Source: Candidatus Dojkabacteria bacterium (GTDB lineage Bacteria > Patescibacteriota > Dojkabacteria > SC72). From it: DNA of 64,000 nt. Below the pieces are notes generated by a model. The model made no database searches, had not been told where the DNA came from, and saw nothing but the letters and a program-made list of their open reading frames with translations. The stretch spans positions 364,820-428,819 of the forward strand of contig JBMNHB010000001.1 in the NCBI GenBank assembly GCA_050950145.1, written 5' to 3'. Below are positions 9,376 through 17,434 of the stretch, one piece after another. Position numbers and translations under genes: made by a program. How positions within the stretch are numbered: the stretch's first letter is position 1; each line of letters starts with the position of its first letter.

Positions 9376-12300
9376 CTAATCCTTCTTCGGTCTCCTTATT
9401 GAAACAATTTTTTCAATATCTAACTTTGGTAGAGACTTCTCCCCATCAATACCTGTGATTTCTATACCATATTCATCCGTAATGGGGGATCTGTGTTCTA
9501 GAATTGCAGGTTGTAATGGGCTTAAGCGCATAATTGGTTGTGCCCTTACTGTTACATAATCACCAGATCGAATCTTATGGAATAAAGCTAACTTCTTAAA
9601 TATTCTCATTGTTTTTCTATTTCCTCTTTTATCTTCTAGAGTGATAGTTTGATATGTTTCTCCACTATCTTTTGCACCTCTTGATTTACCAACTACCTTT
9701 AGGTCTTCAAATTCTAACAAAAGTTTAGGGAAGTCAGTCCCATATGGTCCTGTTTGCATTGATAGTTGACTAGAGAGTATATCTGCAACTGAAAAAACAT
9801 TTAGATATTTTATAGACTTAGCAATTTCTGGAGCATATTCTTGAGTTTCTTTGTAAAGCTCTTTTATTGTTTCTTCAACCTTTACAACTCCAGCATTTGG
9901 TTTGTCAATTTTGTACTCTTTGAAGATTGGATCTAGTACTTCATGTAATCTCTCAATACCTCCAGTTACTTCCCATGTTCCTCCTGATGCGACGGGGTGT
10001 CCACCATGTCCTAGTATCTTTATTCCAGGTTGTGGATTTTTCTCTAAATGAAACTGAACCATATCCGTTGCTATATTCCCTCTTGCTGGTAGTCTAAATG
10101 ATACAGTATATATAGTAGAACCATCCTTTCTATTCTCTCCTTCATTTACGAGAATCATAGTAGGTTTTTCATATCTCTCAGCTATATTCCCTGCAATTAA
10201 CCCTCTCATACCTTGTAGGGCATCAATATACTGCTTTCCCGTTTGTTCTAGAATAATAATTGGACTTTCTCTTTCTATTTCATTGTTATCTAAATACTTA
10301 AACTGTTCTTCTAAAAGTTCTTCCCTCCTTTGTATAGCTTTATCTTGAGCCTCTGGAAGTGTATGTCTATGTCTTCTCATATTTGCATTCTCACTTCGTT
10401 TTGTAAAGAAATCGGCCATCTCTGGTAAAACACTATCTGCTCTTTTTGCCTCTTCCTGTTTCCCTCTTCTATAAATTGCATTTGTAGCAGCTGCCATAGT
10501 GTGAGAGAAGAACCTTGTGTTGTAGTAGTTTACTGATACGAACTTTGTATTTCTTAGTGCCGTTCTTATAAATCTAAGACATTCAGGAAGGATTCTTTTC
10601 AATTGTTGTCTTTCCTCTCCTTTTGATATTAAATACTGTTTTGCGAGGTTAGTCATGGTCTCCTGTCCTCTTCTAATGATATATCTATTTTCCTTGCCAA
10701 TATTTACTCCTACTGATCCTCCATCTCCTACCGTAGCTGTTGTTTCTAAAAGTTCTAATTGCTGCAAACCAAAAGGTCCATACTTGAAATATGATTCTAA
10801 TGCAACAAGGTCATTTTTACTCAATTTTCCTGAACGTATTAGAGTATTAACAGCAAAATCAAAGAATTCGTTTCCTGTTTTTCTTGCTGTTTCTCTTCTT
10901 TTTCTTCTCTTCGCTTCACTCTTCTCACTTTTATCAATATCTGGAAATAGTGATGGTTGTAATTTGTTCTTACTTATTAATCCTACTTCAATGATATTGA
11001 ATAGCTCCTTTTTCATATCTCTGATATGCTTTCCTCTTGCAATCCAATCCTTCATTGAACTTCTTAGAGAGATTTCCTGTTCTTCCTCTCCGATATCCTC
11101 TGTTCGTTTTATCAACCCTGACTGTCTTAGTTTGAAGTCAATTATATCTATTAGTTTATCTGTTTTCTTTATGGCCCATTTCTCTTTTTCGTCTGTATTT
11201 AACTCAAAGAATGATTTTGGCATATTACCACTCTGTTCTAGTACAAACCTCTGTTCTTTAGGTGTAAGTTGATCAAAACCTTTTTCATTTAATTCTGCTA
11301 GCTTTTTTAATCTTTCTTCTTGACCTAAAGATAGAAGTTCATTACTATCAACCCTGACAATAGGAGAGTCAGAGAAAAGATTCATAACTCTTCTTATGAC
11401 TTTTCCTATAACTACTGTTCCCACAATGTCCGATTCTGGATAACACACATATTTTCTTTGAACTTCATCTAGTTTCTGTACATCAATATTTCCGCTCTTA
11501 TCAGGTTTTAAGACTTCTTGTATCTCTTTTATAAATTGACCTTCTTCTCCTATCTTGATCCATTCTGGATTAACCATAATATCAGTTAGTGTGTTACAGA
11601 AATACTTGGTAGAATTAATATATGGTGTGTGATGGTCACATACAATTATCTGAACATCGTCACCAAATCCTCTTATAAACTTCCTAAGTGGTTCGTATGT
11701 TTCAAATCTTTCTTTAGATGTAAATCCAGTAAGAGCATCCTTATGTATAAATTTTTGGTTCAATAGCTTTTCCTCATCAAAATATTCATTTTGACTATTT
11801 TTACTAATATATATCTTAAGTTGTCTAATCATTGAATTCTTTTGCTCATCTGGAAAGTGAGAAAACCCATTTATTTTCTCAATATTATCTACAAAAAACT
11901 GTAGATCACTGATCTTGTTTGTTCCACGATGGAATTTGTGAAATGTTTCAACATCTGTATCACTTGATCCAGTATCACAGATAACAATTAATTTATTACC
12001 TGCGATTGCTAAGTTAATTAAGTCTGTTGGTAATACTGCATGATTTTCTGGTCGAGAATTGAACTTTTGATCAACTTTTTCAACTCCCATATGTTCTAGT
12101 GCCCATCTCATATTGTTTGCTGCATTAAATCCATCTTGATCACAGTCTGCGATAGTTGCAATCTTTTTACTTTCCATAACTGCTTTGTATATTGCTTCGG
12201 CAGCCTTGTCTACATTCTGTAATGCACTAGGTGGTTGTTCTGACTTCTCTGATGGGAACATCATTTCCATCATTTGTCCATTAGTTTCTATTCCTATACT

Positions 12301-14094
12301 CTTATAATATTTATTTAGTATTAAGTTAGCAGCGAATCCTTCAACTGCATGTACCACCCTTGAGGGACCATATATCTCATTTGAGAGCTTCAGATCAGGA
12401 TCTTTAAAGTTTTCTAAATCTAAAAGTCTTCTTCTAGGAACATTTGGTCTTTCTAAAACTCCTGTAAAGTAAGGTGTCTGTAATACATCTACAAGCTTTC
12501 TAAGCTCGGTTCCAGATTCGTTGTACGGACTTACAATAACATCTTTTAGCGTATCTATATCTAAACGATATTTCCATTCAGGTCTAAGACATCCAAGTTT
12601 ATGAGGTGTTGCTATTTCAATAAGGATTGATTTGTCAAGATGATTTTGTAACTTAAGTATTGCTTTGTATTCCTCTTCTGCTAAATCTTCTAAATACAAG
12701 GCTCTGTCATTGCTTTCAAGTCTATCTATTAATCCGTAAACAGCCTTAGTGTATGCTATACTAGATTTTCTCTTCCTCAGTTTTGCTAAGTCACCTAAAT
12801 AACCCCTTAACTTGTTAATTGCAGACTCTCTCTCTAGAATCTCTGCAATCAAGTCCAGATTCTGGATGGCATTCTCTTCTTCTGGTGACAAATCAGTATC
12901 TTTTTCAATATTTCCCATACCTTTATATATGCGATTGGCAATATTAAGAATATGACTCCTGTCTTCTTCTGATAATAATGAGAGCCATTTTTTCTCATCA
13001 ATCTTGTCTGTCTGTTCTAGAATTTTAGCTGCATCCTGAACTATTTCTCTTCTAGTTTCTAAAATATATTTATTAGATAAACTAGAGTAAAGTGCAGGTG
13101 CGTGTCTTAATAATTCTGCGGATGGTGTATTTGCATAGTATGAGAAGTATGTTAAACGGATTAATTCATATAGTTCAGGATTCTCCACAAATGTCCATCC
13201 TGTCTCTTCTTTATCTTCCATTGCCATATCTCTTTTGTTGTTTTCCAACGCTTGTCTTATTCTCTCTTCATCTCTTTTTTTAAGAAGTATCTTTAGTACC
13301 TCAGTAGCATCAACAGCAACTTGTGTGTGCTCATACCAGTGGGCAGCGATAGACATGGGTATTTGTGAAATTCCATTTTGTGACCAGGGAATTTTATGTT
13401 GGTCATTCATATTCATGAATATACTTTCGCTATCATTCATTGCTGTTAACCTCTCTCCTAATATGTCAACATCTTCTAAATCAATGTTTAACTTGTTAGC
13501 CATTTTCTCTGCAGTTATTCTATCGATAGTGCCACCATCTAATCTCTTTCTACCAGTCCATTGTGATTCATCAATCCATCTCTCTCCAGTTACATATTGA
13601 TAGAATTTACCTAATTGTGTTAACAATGTTGTTGTGGGGACTCCTGATGTAAAAAGAAGTTTTTCAATAGCGAATTCCAATTCTTTGTCTCTTGAAGTTC
13701 GATTAATTCCTTCATCTCTGTTCTCTCTTTGAGAGGAAGGGACCAACTTAGCTAGGACAACAGGGGGTTCAAATAATGGGTTTTTACGTAAAGTTCTTTC
13801 TCTTTTCTTAATTTCTTCTTCTGACCAATATTTAGTAACATCATTTTGATTGAAAATATATCTTTTCTCTTTAATCAAATCCTCGGGTGTCTTGAGTATT
13901 TCATTCCATCTTCTTCCACTACTTGAAATTTCATCTCCAAAAATCTCTTCTTTGAGTTCATCAACCTTAGAAGCAAGTTCTTGTTCTTCTTCTGTGGGAG
14001 GTGGTGCATAGTATGTTTTGTATCTAGGTGATAGTTTTTCTTTTTCTAGACTTATGAGATCTTTATTTGTCCCAACTCTCTCCTCTTCTGGCAT
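9376..14094 (-). CDS. Giant RecJ-like DHH/DHHA1 phosphoesterase (ssDNA exonuclease-like), 1572 aa
   Basis: RecJ motifs in order: DCDQDG, CDTG, CDHH, TVGD..ENR, GLIAGNIAERYEKP, GGHPVASG, PYG..FP, C-terminal OB-like region; about 600-aa extra N-terminus. Confidence 0.75.
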   Translation of the reverse strand: MPEEERVGTNKDLISLEKEKLSPRYKTYYAPPPTEEEQELASKVDELKEEIFGDEISSSGRRWNEILKTPEDLIKEKRYIFNQNDVTKYWSEEEIKKRERTLRKNPLFEPPVVLAKLVPSSQRENRDEGINRTSRDKELEFAIEKLLFTSGVPTTTLLTQLGKFYQYVTGERWIDESQWTGRKRLDGGTIDRITAEKMANKLNIDLEDVDILGERLTAMNDSESIFMNMNDQHKIPWSQNGISQIPMSIAAHWYEHTQVAVDATEVLKILLKKRDEERIRQALENNKRDMAMEDKEETGWTFVENPELYELIRLTYFSYYANTPSAELLRHAPALYSSLSNKYILETRREIVQDAAKILEQTDKIDEKKWLSLLSEEDRSHILNIANRIYKGMGNIEKDTDLSPEEENAIQNLDLIAEILERESAINKLRGYLGDLAKLRKRKSSIAYTKAVYGLIDRLESNDRALYLEDLAEEEYKAILKLQNHLDKSILIEIATPHKLGCLRPEWKYRLDIDTLKDVIVSPYNESGTELRKLVDVLQTPYFTGVLERPNVPRRRLLDLENFKDPDLKLSNEIYGPSRVVHAVEGFAANLILNKYYKSIGIETNGQMMEMMFPSEKSEQPPSALQNVDKAAEAIYKAVMESKKIATIADCDQDGFNAANNMRWALEHMGVEKVDQKFNSRPENHAVLPTDLINLAIAGNKLIVICDTGSSDTDVETFHKFHRGTNKISDLQFFVDNIEKINGFSHFPDEQKNSMIRQLKIYISKNSQNEYFDEEKLLNQKFIHKDALTGFTSKERFETYEPLRKFIRGFGDDVQIIVCDHHTPYINSTKYFCNTLTDIMVNPEWIKIGEEGQFIKEIQEVLKPDKSGNIDVQKLDEVQRKYVCYPESDIVGTVVIGKVIRRVMNLFSDSPIVRVDSNELLSLGQEERLKKLAELNEKGFDQLTPKEQRFVLEQSGNMPKSFFELNTDEKEKWAIKKTDKLIDIIDFKLRQSGLIKRTEDIGEEEQEISLRSSMKDWIARGKHIRDMKKELFNIIEVGLISKNKLQPSLFPDIDKSEKSEAKRRKRRETARKTGNEFFDFAVNTLIRSGKLSKNDLVALESYFKYGPFGLQQLELLETTATVGDGGSVGVNIGKENRYIIRRGQETMTNLAKQYLISKGEERQQLKRILPECLRFIRTALRNTKFVSVNYYNTRFFSHTMAAATNAIYRRGKQEEAKRADSVLPEMADFFTKRSENANMRRHRHTLPEAQDKAIQRREELLEEQFKYLDNNEIERESPIIILEQTGKQYIDALQGMRGLIAGNIAERYEKPTMILVNEGENRKDGSTIYTVSFRLPARGNIATDMVQFHLEKNPQPGIKILGHGGHPVASGGTWEVTGGIERLHEVLDPIFKEYKIDKPNAGVVKVEETIKELYKETQEYAPEIAKSIKYLNVFSVADILSSQLSMQTGPYGTDFPKLLLEFEDLKVVGKSRGAKDSGETYQTITLEDKRGNRKTMRIFKKLALFHKIRSGDYVTVRAQPIMRLSPLQPAILEHRSPITDEYGIEITGIDGEKSLPKLDIEKIVSIRRPKKD

Positions 14095-14114
14095 ACAGAT
14101 TCTAGTTCTAAATT

Positions 14115-14138
14115 AAAAAAGGGCTTTTAATAAGCCCT
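14115..14138 (-). terminator. Intrinsic terminator upstream of the RecJ-like gene
   Basis: Minus strand AGGGCTT-ATTAA-AAGCCCT followed by T run. Confidence 0.75.
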
Positions 14139-14254
14139 ATAAGTTAAATCTCTCTCCCATATTCTTCAAGCAGTTTTTATTTTGCATTACACCATTTTAT
14201 ACCGTTAAACTAATGTTTTAGAAGATCAAAATAATTGAAACCCCAACTGTTATT

Positions 14255-14283
14255 AGTGTACATACTTGCTAATATAGTGTCAA
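14255..14283 (-). promoter_or_regulatory. Sigma70-type promoter
   Basis: Minus strand TTGACA-17 nt-TACACT. Confidence 0.75.
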
Positions 14284-14336
14284 GCCTTTTAAGAGAATGG
14301 TGTTATATAAAACTAATTAGTACACTGATATCTAGG

Positions 14337-15242
14337 TTAATAAAGTTCAAGGACATCTATAACAGGAGGTATTCCTAATCTAAATGGTAATCCAGTCATA
14401 CCTAGACCTGAAGATACAAAAACTTTTCCTTTTTCAGTTTCATAATATCCCTCATCAAAATTATATCTACTAGGTATAAAGTATTTATATATAAAAGGAA
14501 TACGAATTTGTCCACCGTGTGTGTGACCAGAGAGTGTCAAATCAGGTCTAATATCCTTATATGAGTAAACAGTATCAGGAGAGTGAGCTATTGCAAGTAA
14601 ATTGTCTTCACTTTTATAATTTTTTAGTTTCTTAATATCAACTTCTTTAGCTATAATATCTCCAAATCCTAAGATATGTATATCTAAATCTTCAATATAT
14701 ACATCTTCATTCTTTAAAAATATGACATTGTTCTTTTCTAAAGCCTCTTTTAATTCTTCTTCAATATCTGGACCTGGAGCTTGGCTGTCATGGTTACCCA
14801 ATACTGCATATGTAGGTCTTTTAAGATTTTTTAAAGGTGAGAGTCGTGTAGTTAAATCTCCTGTTGGGTAATATGTAATATCTCCTGGGATAACTATAAA
14901 ATCAACATCTTTTATATTATTAACTTTCTCTACAATCCTCTTTAAAAACTTTGTTGAGTTGTATGCACCAATATGAATATCTGATATAAGTACAATTCTA
15001 GCTTTGAATCCTGTTTCAATATTTATATATTTTTCTACTATTATGTTTGGTTCTATAAATCTAGCATAGATTAATAAGAAGTTAATTAAAAAGAGAAAAA
15101 TCATAACTATTTTAAAAAGAGGTTTATGTATAATCTGCTCCTTGTTTTTAAAATAAAAGAAAAAAAGTAAGATAGGAGAGATTAGTAAGAGATATGAGGA
15201 ATAATTAATAAAATAGTTAATGATGTAATGTATGATCATCAT
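14337..15242 (-). CDS. Membrane-anchored metallophosphoesterase (YkuE/YaeI-like)
   Basis: SDIH, GD, LGNHD, AHSPD, LSGHTHGGQ; start moved to Met downstream of tRNA-Pro. Confidence 0.9.
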   Translation of the reverse strand: MMIIHYIINYFINYSSYLLLISPILLFFFYFKNKEQIIHKPLFKIVMIFLFLINFLLIYARFIEPNIIVEKYINIETGFKARIVLISDIHIGAYNSTKFLKRIVEKVNNIKDVDFIVIPGDITYYPTGDLTTRLSPLKNLKRPTYAVLGNHDSQAPGPDIEEELKEALEKNNVIFLKNEDVYIEDLDIHILGFGDIIAKEVDIKKLKNYKSEDNLLAIAHSPDTVYSYKDIRPDLTLSGHTHGGQIRIPFIYKYFIPSRYNFDEGYYETEKGKVFVSSGLGMTGLPFRLGIPPVIDVLELY

Positions 15243-15252
15243 AGTAGTTATA

Positions 15253-15329
15253 TGGTCGGGGAGACAGGACTTGAACCTGCGGCCTCTGCGTCCCAAACGC
15301 AGCGTTCTAGCCATCTGAACTACTCCCCG
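15253..15329 (-). tRNA. tRNA-Pro(TGG)
   Basis: Reverse complement CGGGGAG...CTGCG-TTTGGGA-CGCAG...GGTTCAAGT...CTCCCCGA-CCA. Confidence 0.96.
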
Positions 15330-15356
15330 AACTGAAGTTATTTTATCACATAATAG

Positions 15357-15384
15357 AAAAAAAGGGGAGATTATACTCCCCTTT
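15357..15384 (-). terminator. Intrinsic terminator after DUF4870 gene
   Basis: GGGGAG/CTCCCC stem with T run on minus strand. Confidence 0.7.
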
Positions 15385-15406
15385 CTCTAATCAAATCTAG
15401 AACTAA

Positions 15407-15748
15407 CTAGAAAAGTCCCATTACCTTTAATGCCAAGTCCGAAATTAGAGGGATATCAAATCTCTCTCCTTTTGCAGATTTAACCATACCAACAATTATT
15501 AAAACTAAACAAATAGGAGCAATTAACCAACCAATTATTGGAATCCAAGCCATGAACTGAAGAACTCCTAATAATGTAGCTTGAGCACCATTATATCTTA
15601 CAAATTCATCTTTCTTTTCTACTAGAAGTAAAATGAAACCAACCAAAGGAATCCAAGCAACAATAGCCATTGCCTTGTTAGCTTCATTATATTTTATCTC
15701 ATCTAGTGTGTACACTTTCTTAGCATTTGTTTCTTTTGCTTCTGCCAT
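15407..15748 (-). CDS. DUF4870-like small membrane protein
   Basis: FVRYNGAQA, WIPIIGW, GERFDIPLI pattern; three hydrophobic segments. Confidence 0.8.
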   Translation of the reverse strand: MAEAKETNAKKVYTLDEIKYNEANKAMAIVAWIPLVGFILLLVEKKDEFVRYNGAQATLLGVLQFMAWIPIIGWLIAPICLVLIIVGMVKSAKGERFDIPLISDLALKVMGLF

Positions 15749-15934
15749 GATAAATAAAATAATTAAATAAATTAATACTTAAGTATACGCAAAAAAGAGT
15801 GTGACTTGCAACTATACTTTAAATTGTTGTTACTAAAGGAATTTCTACATATTTAAGTTGTGATACTATAAGTACTTGCAAGAATTAACAGTAGGGGTAT
15901 ACTAGGTATATATCTAACTTAATAACTTACTCAC

Positions 15935-16582
15935 ATGGATGGTATACTCACTCAAAAACAAGAAGAAGTTCTTAGAATTATTAAAGATTGTTATTTAGAG
16001 AATGGTTATGCCCCATCTTTAAATGAGTTGAAAGAAAAGTTGGGTATATCTACGAAAAGAGGTGTTGTAGCACATCTGATTGCCTTAGAGAAAAAAGGTT
16101 TTATCTTTAGAACTGGCCAGCCGAGAGGTATACATATGGTAGAAAATGATGATCAGATAGTATACGATTATTTAGTTGGAGTTCCTATCTTAGGTTATGC
16201 AAATGCAGGTATACCTATGGTTGTTGCAGAAGAGGAGAATCTAGGAATACTTAAGATTGATAGGAATATGCTTGGGAAAAAGAAGAACCTATTTAGCCTT
16301 ATCATTAAAGGAGATTCTATGGACTTAGCAAAAGTTGATGGAGAAACATTAGATGATGGTAGATATATTGTTGTACAGAAAGATGTTGAGTTTGAGGATG
16401 GAGACATTGTTGTTGCAATTATAGATAACTATGCAACTGTAAAGAGGTTTAAGAAAGCTAAAAATATGATTATTCTTTATCCAGATTCAAGCAATCCACT
16501 TAATCAACCGATATATATAGATTCAAATACAGAAGGCTTGATAAATGGTAAGGTTATAAAGGTTTTAGAGAATCCTACCTAA
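15935..16582 (+). CDS. lexA: LexA repressor
   Basis: LTQKQ, GYAPS, HL.ALEKKG winged HTH; cleavage site ANAG.P; catalytic GDSM and TVKR. Confidence 0.95.
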   Translation: MDGILTQKQEEVLRIIKDCYLENGYAPSLNELKEKLGISTKRGVVAHLIALEKKGFIFRTGQPRGIHMVENDDQIVYDYLVGVPILGYANAGIPMVVAEEENLGILKIDRNMLGKKKNLFSLIIKGDSMDLAKVDGETLDDGRYIVVQKDVEFEDGDIVVAIIDNYATVKRFKKAKNMIILYPDSSNPLNQPIYIDSNTEGLINGKVIKVLENPT

Positions 16583-17270
16583 TATAGCTATTTTTTACAT
16601 ATTTCTTTGCCCCTTTAAGCATCTTTTCTAACTCTTGTTCTGTAAAGGAATTGGAATTATCAAGAGAGGGATCTATTGTTTTTCCTGATCTAAAGTTTTG
16701 AATATAATACTTTTTTGCTCCCTTAATTAATTCAGCAATATTCTGTGCATCTTTCATTTTGTGTATTCCTTTGACAAACGTAGTTCTAAATTCGTAGTCT
16801 ATTTCAGAATTCCTAACAATTTTAATTGATTCTTTAATTTTCTCTAATGCATTTTTATCATTAGTTTGTTTGTTATAATTACTAGGGGAATACTTAACAT
16901 CCATTGCAACATAGTCAAGAAGTTTCTTCTCAACCAATTCTTTTAACCTATCAGGGAAGAAACCATTTGTATCTAACTTTACTAAATATCCTAACTTCCT
17001 TATCTTACGGATAAGTTTTTCAATATCGTTGTATATTAATGGTTCTCCACCTGTAATAACTACAGCATCAAGTTTACCCTTTCTATTTTTTAAGTATTCA
17101 AAAAGATAATCCTCTTTTACCTCTATATCCTTATTAAAATCATATATGACCAATTCAGGATTATGACAGAATGAGCACCTTAAATTACAACCATACGTAA
17201 AGACAATGGCAGAAAGTTTACCAGGATAATCAAGTAAAGAAACTTTTTCTAATCCACCTATCTTTATCAT
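16575..17270 (-). CDS. nrdG: Anaerobic ribonucleotide reductase activating enzyme (radical SAM)
   Basis: CNLRCSFC radical-SAM motif, DYPG, TGGEP, LDTNG; operon context. Confidence 0.93.
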   Translation of the reverse strand: MIKIGGLEKVSLLDYPGKLSAIVFTYGCNLRCSFCHNPELVIYDFNKDIEVKEDYLFEYLKNRKGKLDAVVITGGEPLIYNDIEKLIRKIRKLGYLVKLDTNGFFPDRLKELVEKKLLDYVAMDVKYSPSNYNKQTNDKNALEKIKESIKIVRNSEIDYEFRTTFVKGIHKMKDAQNIAELIKGAKKYYIQNFRSGKTIDPSLDNSNSFTEQELEKMLKGAKKYVKNSYIR

Positions 17271-17273
17271 AGG

Positions 17274-17408
17274 TTAGATTGTCTTCATCTTGAACATCTT
17301 CCTATCTGACCATTCTGCTTGTTTTCCAATATTCCATTGACTAATAGGTCTAATGTACCCAACAACTCTTGAATATACCTCACATCTCTGTCTTTTAACC
17401 TTTTTCAT
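17274..17408 (-). CDS. Stand-alone NrdD glycyl-radical domain (44 aa), absent from ORF track
   Basis: MKKVKRQRCEVYSRVVGYIRPISQWNIGKQAEWSDRKMFKMKTI; contains RVxGY glycyl-radical motif that is missing from the large nrdD ORF. Confidence 0.92.
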   Translation of the reverse strand: MKKVKRQRCEVYSRVVGYIRPISQWNIGKQAEWSDRKMFKMKTI

Positions 17409-17434
17409 GGCAGTAAATATATTAATTTAAATAA

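Noticed and set aside
10655-11272. 205-aa plus-strand ORF and other antisense ORFs in the track
   Set aside because: They lie opposite well-supported genes and have the Ser/Phe/Leu-rich composition of shadow frames.
15243-15314. N-terminal extension of the metallophosphoesterase ORF
   Set aside because: It overlaps tRNA-Pro; the real start is downstream.
15780-15934. LexA operator upstream of lexA
   Set aside because: No palindrome shared with the uvrB upstream region could be identified by eye.
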